A stretch of 64,000 bases of DNA. Origin: Candidatus Latescibacterota bacterium. Lineage in GTDB: Bacteria > Latescibacterota > UBA2968 > GCA-2709665. Made by a program: the position numbers and the translations under genes. Location of the stretch: contig OZ242180.1 of the NCBI GenBank assembly GCA_965205485.1, positions 4,960,001-5,024,000 of the forward strand, read 5' to 3'. Below the pieces are notes generated by a model that saw nothing but the letters and a program-made list of their open reading frames with translations, was not told the DNA's origin and made no database searches. Shown in pieces: positions 19,923 through 29,193 of this stretch (positions are counted from its first letter, which is position 1; the number at the start of each line of letters is the position of its first letter).

Positions 19923-21116
19923 ATCGCGAAACTCTCGATTGTGGACCTGGATCTATCGGGTCGACGGGTGCTGGTGCGGGTGGACTTCAACGTGCCGCTC
20001 AAGGACGGCGAGGTCGGCGACGACACTCGGATTCGGTCCGCCGTGCCTACGCTACAGTATATCCTGGAGCGTGGTGGCGTTCCCATCCTGATGTCGCACC
20101 TGGGCAGGCCGAAGGGACGGGTCGTTCCCGAACTGTCGCTAAAGCCCGCTGCCGTACGTCTCGGCGAACTGATGGGTCGGGAGGTCGTCATGGCGCCGGA
20201 TTGCGTGGGCCCTGAAGTGGAGTCGATCGCAAAACGCGCGACGGGCGTGGTGCTGCTGGAAAATTTAAGGTTTCACGCGGCGGAAGAGGCAAACGATCCC
20301 GAATTCGCCCGCCGGCTCTGTGAACTGGGTTCAGCCTACGTCAACGACGCATTCGGGACGGCCCACCGGGCGCATGCATCCACGGAAGGCGTCACCCACC
20401 ACTTCGTCGACTGCGCGGCCGGGTTCCTGATGCAGCGGGAACTGGAGTGTCTTGAAAGCGCGTTGTCGGAGCCCGACAGGCCGTTTGTTGCCGTACTGGG
20501 CGGTGCCAAGATTTCGGGCAAGATTGACGTCATCCAGCATCTGCTGACCCTCGTCGATACGCTCCTGATCGGCGGCGGCATGGCGTACACCTTCTACAAA
20601 GCGATGGGATTGGAGATCGGACGGTCGCTGCTCGAGGCGGACCGCGTGGGGATGGCGGAAGTCCTGCTGCAGCGCGCCGCCGACGCAGAGGTCCGTTTAC
20701 TGCTGCCCACCGATTGCGTGGTTGCCCCCGAGTCCCGCGACGACGCGGCGACAAGGGTCGTACCGCGTGACGAGATTCCTTCGGACCTGGAAGGGTTCGA
20801 TATCGGGCCCGAGACGCGGTCCGTCTTTTCGAATGAGATCCTCAATGCGGGATCCGTGGTTTGGAACGGGCCGATGGGGGTTTCGGAAGTCCCTGCGTTT
20901 GCCGCGGGAACCAGGGCGGTGGCTTACGCGGTCGCAAAGGCTTCGTCACAAGGCGCCAATACACTGGCCGGCGGCGGGGAAACGGTCGCGGCCCTGACGG
21001 CATGCGGTCTTGCAGACAGGCTGGGGCATGTTTCCACGGGCGGCGGGGCATTCCTGGAATTCCTGGAAGGCAGACTGCTTCCGGGAGTGGCCGCGCTGGC
21101 CGACCGTCAGACGTGA
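19923..21116 (+). CDS. pgk: Phosphoglycerate kinase (start ATC 19923 or GTG 19941)
   Basis: RVDFNVP, SHLGRP, LLENLRF, NDAFG.AHR, STGGGA.LE. Confidence 0.97.
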   Translation: MAKLSIVDLDLSGRRVLVRVDFNVPLKDGEVGDDTRIRSAVPTLQYILERGGVPILMSHLGRPKGRVVPELSLKPAAVRLGELMGREVVMAPDCVGPEVESIAKRATGVVLLENLRFHAAEEANDPEFARRLCELGSAYVNDAFGTAHRAHASTEGVTHHFVDCAAGFLMQRELECLESALSEPDRPFVAVLGGAKISGKIDVIQHLLTLVDTLLIGGGMAYTFYKAMGLEIGRSLLEADRVGMAEVLLQRAADAEVRLLLPTDCVVAPESRDDAATRVVPRDEIPSDLEGFDIGPETRSVFSNEILNAGSVVWNGPMGVSEVPAFAAGTRAVAYAVAKASSQGANTLAGGGETVAALTACGLADRLGHVSTGGGAFLEFLEGRLLPGVAALADRQT

Positions 21117-21156
21117 ACCACGCGGTCCGATACGACTATTCGGTGGGGAGGTGGCA

Positions 21157-21924
21157 ATGCGCGTGCCCATTGTGGCAGGAAACTGGAAGATGCACATGTC
21201 GTTGGGCGAGGCGGAGCAGCTTGCGCGCGGGATCGTGGGTTCATTGGACGGCGCGGCAGGGGTTGAAATCGTGGTGTGTCCCTCTTTTACGGTTCTGGAC
21301 CGGGTCCGTAACGTGCTGGGGGACTGTTCAGTAAAGTTAGGTGCGCAGAATCTGCACTGGGCGGATGAAGGGGCGTTTACAGGGGAGGTTTCCGCGGGGA
21401 TGCTGTTGACATGCGGATGTGAGTACGTTATATTAGGACACTCTGAACGACGCACCTGGTTCGGCGAGACGGATACAACTGTAAATCAGCGGCTTAGGGC
21501 TGCGTTGAGCGCCGCGCTGAAGCCCATTGTCTGCGTGGGTGAGACGCTTGATGAGCGTCAATCGGGGGCAACCGAACGGGTGGTGCGGCGGCAGGTCACG
21601 GCGGGGTTCGCCAATGTGTCGGCAACGGAGGCGGCCGGCTGTGTGGTCGCGTATGAACCCGTGTGGGCCATTGGCACCGGTATGACGGCTACGCCCTTAC
21701 AGGCCGAATCCGTTCATACGTCCATCCGCCAGGTCTTGCGGGAACTTTACAACGACAACGTCGCGCGGGACGTGCGAATCCAATACGGGGGATCCGTAAA
21801 GCCCGATAATGCCGCCGAACTGTTCATCAGGCCCGATATAGACGGCGGACTGATCGGCGGGGCTTCGCTCGAGCCCGATTCGTTCGCGGCCATCGTGAAA
21901 GCGGCACTTCAGCCTGAAATTTGA
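21157..21924 (+). CDS. tpiA: Triosephosphate isomerase
   Basis: AGNWKM, GHSERR, AYEPVWAIGTG, YGGSV, GGASL. Confidence 0.98.
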   Translation: MRVPIVAGNWKMHMSLGEAEQLARGIVGSLDGAAGVEIVVCPSFTVLDRVRNVLGDCSVKLGAQNLHWADEGAFTGEVSAGMLLTCGCEYVILGHSERRTWFGETDTTVNQRLRAALSAALKPIVCVGETLDERQSGATERVVRRQVTAGFANVSATEAAGCVVAYEPVWAIGTGMTATPLQAESVHTSIRQVLRELYNDNVARDVRIQYGGSVKPDNAAELFIRPDIDGGLIGGASLEPDSFAAIVKAALQPEI

Positions 21925-21936
21925 GCGGGAATCAAC

Positions 21937-22332
21937 ATGACAACCCTTCTTCTGATCGTACATGTTCTGGTTTGCCTGGTTCTGATCGTAACCATCCTGC
22001 TGCAGGCCAGCAAAGGGGGCGGGCTCTCCACCGCTTTTGGCGGCGGCGGCGGTGGCAGCGCGATGTTCGGCGGGGCCGGTGCAGCGACGTTTCTGAGCAA
22101 GACGACGACCGTTCTGGCGGTTGTGTTTTTTCTCACCTGCATCAGCCTGTGGTACGCTTCCAGGGACACGGGTACGGCTCCCGAAACCGCCGCGGAACGA
22201 GCCCTCAGGGAACAGCCGGTGCCGCTTCAGAGTGCGCCGTCCGGACTGCCTCAGCCGCTGGACCAGGCCAGACCGGGCACGGCTACCGAACGCGCCGCGC
22301 CTGCAACGTCGCCGGCCGATTCGGTGCGATAG
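21937..22332 (+). CDS. secG: Preprotein translocase subunit SecG
   Basis: Two TMs, LLQ.SKGGGL...FGG, FL.K.T; position after tpiA. Confidence 0.95.
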   Translation: MTTLLLIVHVLVCLVLIVTILLQASKGGGLSTAFGGGGGGSAMFGGAGAATFLSKTTTVLAVVFFLTCISLWYASRDTGTAPETAAERALREQPVPLQSAPSGLPQPLDQARPGTATERAAPATSPADSVR

Positions 22333-22440
22333 TGCTTCCATCCGACCCGGGAGACCGTACGAATCGAATGAGTACCGGTGTCGGCCGCTCGGCTTGACTC
22401 GGTTTACACAATCGGTCCGGCAGAGGGTCGGATCTTCTTT

Positions 22441-22527
22441 GCCGAAGTGGTGGAAATGGTAGACACGCTGTGTTGAGGGCGCAGTGGGCGCATGCCCGTC
22501 CGAGTTCGAGTCTCGGCTTCGGCACCA
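22441..22527 (+). tRNA. tRNA-Leu (anticodon GAG)
   Basis: Acceptor gccgaag/cttcggc+ACCA, D loop tggtagac, anticodon arm ctgtg-ttGAGgg-cgcag, long variable arm, T loop gttcgag. Confidence 0.97.
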
Positions 22528-22534
22528 AAAAAAC

Positions 22535-22567
22535 AAAGGGTTACGTCAATTCGACGTAACCCTTTTT
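22535..22567. terminator. Bidirectional intrinsic terminator
   Basis: aaagggttacgtc/gacgtaacccttt stem with A and T tracts. Confidence 0.85.
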
Positions 22568-22585
22568 CGTTGCCGCCTCCCCTAT

Positions 22586-22745
22586 CAGTCCGTTGAGAAA
22601 GTCGCTCTGCAGGCGAGGCCGTGTCATTGTGGTCGAAGACAAGGCGCGCGACCGAGTCCCATCCATCGATTCGGCGAGGGAGCACAACGCAGTATTTCGA
22701 CCGCAAGGGCCGGCCGTAGCCCGGATGGGCTTTTTCAACGGGCTG
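22586..22745 (-). mobile_element. 160-bp MITE, copy 2 (inverted)
   Basis: Reverse complement of copies 1 and 3; flanked by direct repeat ctat/ctat. Confidence 0.85.
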
Positions 22746-22751
22746 CTATGC

Positions 22752-23885
22752 CTACCAGTTGGTGAACGATCCGTCTTGCCGCTGCAGCCTGGGGCCGTGT
22801 CCCCACCGGAACGGATACTTCGCCGCCGCGGCCTCGTCGAATTCAACCCCCAGCCCGGGGCGGTCCGGCGCAATGAGGTAACCTGCATCGTAAGGTACCT
22901 GTACCGGAAACAGGTCTTCCATGACAGTGCGCCCGACCAGACCGCCCTCCTGTACGGCGAAGTTGTCCGTGGCAACGTCCAGGTGAAGACAGGCGGCGGC
23001 CGAAACAGGCCCGAGCGGATTGTGCGGAACGATCTTGATGTAGTGGGTCTCGGCCCAGTTGGCCACTTTGCGCGCCTCCGTGAGACCGCCGACAATACAG
23101 AGGTCGATCCGCGCGTAGTCCGCCAGTTCTTCTTCGATGAGCTGGCGGAATTCCCACTTGGTGGCATAGTGTTCGCCAACCGCAAGCGGGCAGTTGACGT
23201 GGCTGCGGACCAGCCGATACGTCTGCGGGTTTTCGCATCGGAGTGGATCTTCGATGAAAAACGGATCGTACGGCTCGAGTTTGCGGCCGAGCCGTATGGT
23301 GTCGGGCGGGTCCAGACGGGTGTGAACGTCGATGCAGATTTCGACTTCGGGTCCGACGGCTTCGCGCGCCGCGGCGAAATGCGCAACGGAGTCTCGTACG
23401 GCCGAGGAGGGCTCGAGGACGCCGTCCCGATCGAGAACGGACATTCGGAGGTATTTCCACCCTTCGGAGACCCGGTCTTTCGCCGATCGGGCCGTCTCTT
23501 CAGGCGTCCCGCCGCCGATGCCCGTGTAACAGACCACGCGGTCACGAAGCCGGCCGCCCAGCAGCATGTAGACCGGCTGGTCCAGGGCCTTGCCCTTGAT
23601 GTCCCACAGGGCGATATCGATCGCGCTGATTGCGGCCATGTGAATGCGCCCGCCTGGGAAGAAGTCGCCCCTGAAGAGGATCTGCCAGATGTATTCTATG
23701 TTGAGCGGGTCCTGACCGACGAGATCCGATGCCATGTGGCGTATCGCGCCGACGCCGGCCTGCTCCTTCCACGTGATCCCGAATTCACCGACGCCGTAGA
23801 TGCCCTCGTCGGTTTCAATCTTGACAAAGAGGTAGTTCCTGGAACCATAGAAGACGGGAAACGTCTTGACGTCTGTTATTTTCAT
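22752..23885 (-). CDS. Mandelate racemase/galactonate dehydratase-like enolase-superfamily enzyme
   Basis: VKIETDEG..GVGE, AISAIDIALWDIKGK, IDVH, FIEDP, AVGE, PHNP.GP. Confidence 0.9.
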   Translation of the reverse strand: MKITDVKTFPVFYGSRNYLFVKIETDEGIYGVGEFGITWKEQAGVGAIRHMASDLVGQDPLNIEYIWQILFRGDFFPGGRIHMAAISAIDIALWDIKGKALDQPVYMLLGGRLRDRVVCYTGIGGGTPEETARSAKDRVSEGWKYLRMSVLDRDGVLEPSSAVRDSVAHFAAAREAVGPEVEICIDVHTRLDPPDTIRLGRKLEPYDPFFIEDPLRCENPQTYRLVRSHVNCPLAVGEHYATKWEFRQLIEEELADYARIDLCIVGGLTEARKVANWAETHYIKIVPHNPLGPVSAAACLHLDVATDNFAVQEGGLVGRTVMEDLFPVQVPYDAGYLIAPDRPGLGVEFDEAAAAKYPFRWGHGPRLQRQDGSFTNW

Positions 23886-23907
23886 CTCGCCTCGCTTTCT
23901 CGCGAAC

Positions 23908-25527
23908 TCATTCGTCGGAATACAACCAGGGTACCTGCCGGATGAGCGCATCTCGCTGTTTCTGCATCACGACTTCGATAACGGTCGGTCCCTCGAGGCC
24001 GATGACGTCGCCGAATACGACGGGAAAACGGTCGGGGTCGTCCACGCGAACGCCCCTGGCGCCCATGGCGCGCGCGAGGTCCGCGATGCGCGGCGTCTGC
24101 ATGTCCGTGTCGATGATTCGTCCGTTGAATGCCTTGGCCTGGGCGCCCCGGATCGCGCTGAGGCTGCCGTCGTTGATGACCACGCAGATAATCTCGATCC
24201 CGTGTTCCGCGGCCGTAGCCAGCTCGAAAGCGGTCATCTGAAACCCGCCGTCGCCGCAGAAGGCGGCCACCTGCCGGTGCGGCTGTGCGAGCTTCGCGCC
24301 AATTGCGGCCGGCGCCGCGAAACCGAGCGTGACTGAATGGCACGGGTACATGAAGCAGCGCGGGTAATCCACGGGGAACTCGTCGAAGGACCGGTACCCG
24401 ATGGACGTCACGTCCACCGATAGGATGGCGTCCGCGTCGAGACGCTCTCTCATGGCTGACATGATCGGCAGCGGCCGGCGGGACCGGGCGATTTCATCCC
24501 GGGTTCGACCCAGAGTATCCTTCCAGGCGTCACCCGGTTTTTCCGTTGCCTCCAGCGCTTCCAGCAGCACGGGCAGAGACTGCTTCAGGTCTCCGGCCGC
24601 GCCCGCGTCTATGGCGACTTCACGCCCGAGTTCGGCAGGGTCCGGATCCAGCTGTACTCGCAGCGCCGGCATCTCCATCGTCCAGCCGGAGGTGTCGATC
24701 TGCGTGAACCGGCAACCGACTGCAATCAACCCGTCGGCGTAGCGAAGGACATGCCGGGCCAGCCGGCCGCGGCAGTGGCCCCCTGAGAGCGGGTGGGAGT
24801 CGGGAAAAACGCCCTTGCCGAGCCGGCTGAACAGTACGGGCGCGCAGAGCGATTCCGAAAATGCCCTGAGTTCGGAAGTCGCGTTCGCATCGGCCGTATT
24901 GCCGCCGGTGAGGATAGCCGGCCGCTCCATACGCGCGATCACTTCGGCGACGCGGCGCAGGTCGGCCGGGTCGGGCGCGGGCCGGTATCCTTCCACGTAC
25001 GCGGGAACGTTGGCTTCGCCCTCCGCGGCGGCGACGTCCATGGGCAGTTCGATCACGGCCGGCCCAGGCCTGGGCGCACGCAATGCGGCAAAGGCGCCCG
25101 TGACGGCATCGGGGATGTCTTCGATGCGTTCAGGGCGGGCGAAGAACCGGGTGATCGGCGCGAAGAACGCGGCCTGGTCCAGGCCGTGAAAGCACTTGCT
25201 CCGGTCTCGCCCGTTAAAGGCCACCTCGGTGCCGCCGGTGACCAGCAGCACGGGAACGCAGTCCGTGTGTGCGTCGACGATGCCGGTGGACGCGTTCGTC
25301 GCCCCGGGGCCGGGGACCGTAAGCGCAACCCCCACTTCGCCCGATGCGCGGGCAAATCCGTTGGCGATCAGCGTCGCGCCCTGCTCGTTTCTGATGAGGT
25401 AATGGTCGATCCCGCCGGTGCGCAACAGGGCGTCGTAGATGTCGATGTTCTGATTGCCCGGCATACCGACAATACAGCGGACGTTCTGTGCCTTGAGGCT
25501 CCGGATCAGGATGTCGGCACCGGTCAT
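23908..25527 (-). CDS. Thiamine-diphosphate-dependent enzyme (acetolactate synthase-like)
   Basis: RNEQGA, PGPGATN, GDGGF...N ThDP motif. Confidence 0.9.
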   Translation of the reverse strand: MTGADILIRSLKAQNVRCIVGMPGNQNIDIYDALLRTGGIDHYLIRNEQGATLIANGFARASGEVGVALTVPGPGATNASTGIVDAHTDCVPVLLVTGGTEVAFNGRDRSKCFHGLDQAAFFAPITRFFARPERIEDIPDAVTGAFAALRAPRPGPAVIELPMDVAAAEGEANVPAYVEGYRPAPDPADLRRVAEVIARMERPAILTGGNTADANATSELRAFSESLCAPVLFSRLGKGVFPDSHPLSGGHCRGRLARHVLRYADGLIAVGCRFTQIDTSGWTMEMPALRVQLDPDPAELGREVAIDAGAAGDLKQSLPVLLEALEATEKPGDAWKDTLGRTRDEIARSRRPLPIMSAMRERLDADAILSVDVTSIGYRSFDEFPVDYPRCFMYPCHSVTLGFAAPAAIGAKLAQPHRQVAAFCGDGGFQMTAFELATAAEHGIEIICVVINDGSLSAIRGAQAKAFNGRIIDTDMQTPRIADLARAMGARGVRVDDPDRFPVVFGDVIGLEGPTVIEVVMQKQRDALIRQVPWLYSDE

Positions 25528-25619
25528 GGAATTTCCTTCAATACATATTTTGTTGTATGTCGCCGATTCCGTATATTTAAGCCGGGTGAATCGTGCACAA
25601 AGACAACTACGAGGAAGAT

Positions 25620-26393
25620 ATGATAATCTCACGCCGAGGGTTAAGGGAAAAATCACCAACGGTCCACTGGTTCCTGGCAGGAATGCTTGCAATCGTGGCG
25701 GCGGCCTGCGGTTCAGACGATCCGGCCGGGCCCGAAGCGGACGCCATGCCGCAGTCACCGGGCATTTATAACAGAGTCCTGCCGCCGGACCAGCGATACA
25801 CCCTTCTCGTCCCGACGGGATATCGCACCGGACAACCCACGCCCCTCATCCTGTCGCTGCATTACGGCGGTATCGTGGTGCCTTTTTACGGTAGCCGGCT
25901 GCTGGAAGTTCTGGTACAACCTGCACTGCAGGACCTCGGGGCAATTGTCGTGGCGCCTGAAGTAACGACGGGGCAGGACTGGGACAACGAGGATAGTGAG
26001 GCGCAGGTGCTCGATCTGATCCGGGCGATCAAGGCCAATTACGCGATCGACGAAGACAGGACGCTTGTGACGGGTTTCAGCATGGGCGGCCGGGGCGCCT
26101 GGTACATGGCGGCGCGCCACCCGGGTCTGTTCCGGGCCGCAATCCCCATTTCGGCGAGACCGGAGGAGGATGCCACAGAGGTCGACTGGCAGGTTCCCCT
26201 GCTCGTGATCCACAGCGTCGCCGATGAGTTGATCCCGTTCGAACCGGTGGAAACAACCGTGCGGGCACTCAAGGAAAGGGACGTGCAGATTGAGATGATC
26301 GTCGTCCAGGACGTGGGTCACTACCAGATCGAACTGTTCGTCGAGCCCTTGCGCGCGGCCCTGCCGTGGATCCGGAAGGCATGGGGAGAGTAG
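25620..26393 (+). CDS. Alpha/beta hydrolase (esterase/peptidase) lipoprotein
   Basis: Lipobox VAAAC, LHYGG, GFSMGG nucleophile elbow, D and GH catalytic residues. Confidence 0.8.
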   Translation: MIISRRGLREKSPTVHWFLAGMLAIVAAACGSDDPAGPEADAMPQSPGIYNRVLPPDQRYTLLVPTGYRTGQPTPLILSLHYGGIVVPFYGSRLLEVLVQPALQDLGAIVVAPEVTTGQDWDNEDSEAQVLDLIRAIKANYAIDEDRTLVTGFSMGGRGAWYMAARHPGLFRAAIPISARPEEDATEVDWQVPLLVIHSVADELIPFEPVETTVRALKERDVQIEMIVVQDVGHYQIELFVEPLRAALPWIRKAWGE

Positions 26394-26429
26394 TCTTCTT
26401 TGTTGACATAGACGGAAGAGGCGTCTGAA

Positions 26430-27266
26430 TTGTCCTGGCTGATATTCGCGATTCTGCTCGATTTCGGATTTGTCCAGATCTGCAAATTCTCCCAGCGCCG
26501 CGCCTATTACGCGCCCGTCGTCGTGTCGACCAATTATCTCGTACTCTGCGCGGTCCTGGCCACCTGGCTGCTGGCCACGGGCCGTTTTGCATTTTCGGCC
26601 GCGGCGTTGCAGACCGGGCTGATCACCGGCGCCGTATTCATCGGTTCAATGTCGTTGATGATGCGCGTCCTGGAAGTCGCATCGGTCGGGGCCGTGCTGA
26701 CGGCTTTTCGCATTTCAATCGCGGTTCCCGTGGCCCTTGGGATCTGGCTCTGGCAGGAGCCGGTTGTACCCTCGCAATACGGTGGGATCGTCCTCGCCTT
26801 CCCCGCGCTGCTGTTGATGACTTCGGGCACACGGAGCAACGTCCGCACGGCGGGCGGAAAGACCTTTGGCCTGTTGTTCGCGGTGTTCCTCGCGCAGGGA
26901 ATGAGTCACTCCTGCCTGCGTTCGGTCCACTATGCCGGACTCGACGGGGAGTTCGTTCAGATCCTGACGGTGATTGGCGCCACCGCCGGCACGATCGGCT
27001 ACCTCTACATTGCGGGAAGGATGCGTCGACCCAAACGGTCCGAACTCGCCACGGGGATCGGCCTCGGCGCCTACAACGCCCTCGCGCTTTCCGTCATCAT
27101 GATTACCTTGAGTCGATTGCCGGGCACGCTGTTTTTTCCGGCCACGGGTTGCAGCGTAATCCTGCTGGACAATCTGTCCGCCCATTTCTTCTGGAAAGAA
27201 CGTCTCAATCGGCTCTCTGCGGCCGGGGTGGCGCTGGCCATTTTGGCGGTTGCCCTGGTGATCTGA
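26430..27266 (+). CDS. DMT/EamA-like transporter
   Basis: About 10 TMs in two repeats ending W.E...G..LA. Confidence 0.75.
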   Translation: MSWLIFAILLDFGFVQICKFSQRRAYYAPVVVSTNYLVLCAVLATWLLATGRFAFSAAALQTGLITGAVFIGSMSLMMRVLEVASVGAVLTAFRISIAVPVALGIWLWQEPVVPSQYGGIVLAFPALLLMTSGTRSNVRTAGGKTFGLLFAVFLAQGMSHSCLRSVHYAGLDGEFVQILTVIGATAGTIGYLYIAGRMRRPKRSELATGIGLGAYNALALSVIMITLSRLPGTLFFPATGCSVILLDNLSAHFFWKERLNRLSAAGVALAILAVALVI

Positions 27267-27328
27267 ACCGTCTCGCCATACCCTTCCGGGAATCCTGCGA
27301 TGGCCGCGGGCTTTCGGAGACCCGATAC

Positions 27329-28042
27329 TCAGCAACAGCCCCTGGCTTTCGTACCGTCACTGCGGTGGCACCGGATGAATTCGTAGAACAGGGCGCCTGC
27401 AAGCGCGCCCAGTACCGGTCCAGCGGCGTATGCCGAAAAATGCAGCCAGTTGCCGGAGACCAGGGCCGGACCCAGGCTGCGGGCGGGATTCATGGACGCG
27501 CCGCATATGGGGCCGGCGAACATCGCTTCGAACCCAATCGTGCCTCCAATGGCGAGGCCCGCGGCCTGACCGGTGGCGCGGTAGTCCGTGGCAACCGCCA
27601 TAATCACAACCATCAGCAGGAACGCGAGCAGGAACTCCCAGACGAAGGCCGTGGTCCACGCGCCGTCCAGCGGCTGCGTAACGCCCAGGTCCAGCTCCTG
27701 ACCGGGAAACCTGGCGTTCAGGATGGGTGAAAGGGTGACAACGTGGATGCTGCTGGCCAGGGCCGCGCCCACACACTGTGAGGCGATGTAAGGGAGAATC
27801 TCCCGCCCGGGAAAGTGACGCGTGAAGGAGAAGGCGATGGTCACCGCGGGATTGAAGTGCGCGCCCGAGATGTGGCCGGTGGCGTAGACCATCGTCATCA
27901 CGATAAGCCCGAATGACGCGGCGACGCCAACGTGGGAGACGGCGCCGCCGCTGATCTGGTTTGCGGCAACGGCGCCGCACCCCCCCAGCACGATGGCAAA
28001 GGCGCCGACAAATTCCGCGCCGCATTTTCGCAACAGATTCAT
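27329..28042 (-). CDS. MIP-family channel, NIP-like aquaporin
   Basis: AEF.G, GHISGAHFNPAVT, GASMNPARSLGP; C-terminal CC. Confidence 0.92.
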   Translation of the reverse strand: MNLLRKCGAEFVGAFAIVLGGCGAVAANQISGGAVSHVGVAASFGLIVMTMVYATGHISGAHFNPAVTIAFSFTRHFPGREILPYIASQCVGAALASSIHVVTLSPILNARFPGQELDLGVTQPLDGAWTTAFVWEFLLAFLLMVVIMAVATDYRATGQAAGLAIGGTIGFEAMFAGPICGASMNPARSLGPALVSGNWLHFSAYAAGPVLGALAGALFYEFIRCHRSDGTKARGCC

Positions 28043-28103
28043 CGTATCCGCCTCCACGAGATGTTGAACATTCGGACCCGCGCGCCTTGAACTGAACCGA
28101 CCG

Positions 28104-28162
28104 CTTCGACAAGCTCAATGCGGGCAGGTTCAGGGACCGCAAGCTCAGGACAAGGCTCAGGG
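28104..28162 (+). repeat. Degenerate cttcgacaagctca-type REP array
   Basis: cttcgacaagctca followed by caggttcaggg, caagctcagg, aggctcaggg. Confidence 0.45.
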
Positions 28163-28235
28163 AACGCCACGCGGTGCGAGCTCAAGATATCGATTCCGAA
28201 ACCCGGAATCCAGAAGGAAAACCCGGGAGGCAATA

Positions 28236-28970
28236 ATGGCCCTCGAGCGACTGCTTGTCTTCCAACACCTGGACGTGGAACATCCCGGACTCTTCCGAGA
28301 ATTCTTCGCCGAGGACGGGATTCGCTGGGACGTCGTTGAACTGGATGCGGGTGAACGCATCCCGGATCTGGACGCCTATGACGCGCTGTGGGCGATGGGC
28401 GGCCCGATGGACGTGTGGGAGGAGGATGCGTACCCCTGGCTGGTGGAGGAGAAAGCCGCCATTCGGTACGCGGTCGTTGAGAAAAGGATGCCCTTCGTGG
28501 GCATCTGCCTGGGACACCAGTTGCTGGCCGCGGCGCTCGGCGGTCACGTCGGTCCGAACGAGAGCCCGGAGGTGGGGGTGATGGACATTTGCCTGACGGC
28601 CCCGGGCATGGCCAGCGGATTCTTCAGCGGTTTCCCCGAGACGCTGCCCTGCCTGCAGTGGCACAGCTCGGCCGTAAAGACCATACCCCCTGAGCTGGAG
28701 GTCCTTGCGTCTTCAGAGCTGTGCGCGGTCCAGGCGATGAGTATGGGGAATCACGCGATCACCGCCCAGTTTCACATCGAGATAACGGCGGAGACCATAG
28801 CGGAATGGGACGCCGTCCCCGCCTATCACGAGGCACTGATTGAAACACTTGGCGAAAACGCCATGCAGGATTTCGAACGGGCGGTGACCGAACGCCTCGA
28901 CGTTTTCAGAGGCTATGCGAGGACGTTTTACGAGAATTGGAAGACAGTAGCGTTTGGTAAAAATCCATAG
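28236..28970 (+). CDS. Class I glutamine amidotransferase-like protein
   Basis: MGGPM, GICLGHQLLA, QWH, QFHIE. Confidence 0.9.
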   Translation: MALERLLVFQHLDVEHPGLFREFFAEDGIRWDVVELDAGERIPDLDAYDALWAMGGPMDVWEEDAYPWLVEEKAAIRYAVVEKRMPFVGICLGHQLLAAALGGHVGPNESPEVGVMDICLTAPGMASGFFSGFPETLPCLQWHSSAVKTIPPELEVLASSELCAVQAMSMGNHAITAQFHIEITAETIAEWDAVPAYHEALIETLGENAMQDFERAVTERLDVFRGYARTFYENWKTVAFGKNP

Positions 28971-29193
28971 GCATTGTTGCGGGTTCACAGCGGGGTCCGA
29001 CGTCCGGACCCGATGCGCGAGGCAACAAACCGGACAGGGATGGCGAAGCGGGTATGAGCCAGGCATCACGTCCGAACTTCGTCAGCCGCATGTCAGGGCG
29101 GATCTTGGAGACCGGCTGCGAGGAATTCTGGAAGGGTGACACGATCGCGCCGGAGGCTGCCAACCTGCGCTCCCCCGCTTTCACGGGCTCCGG

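Noticed and set aside
22441..22760. tRNA-Leu as prophage or island attachment site
   Set aside because: No integrase and no duplicated tRNA 3' end seen; only a MITE follows the terminator
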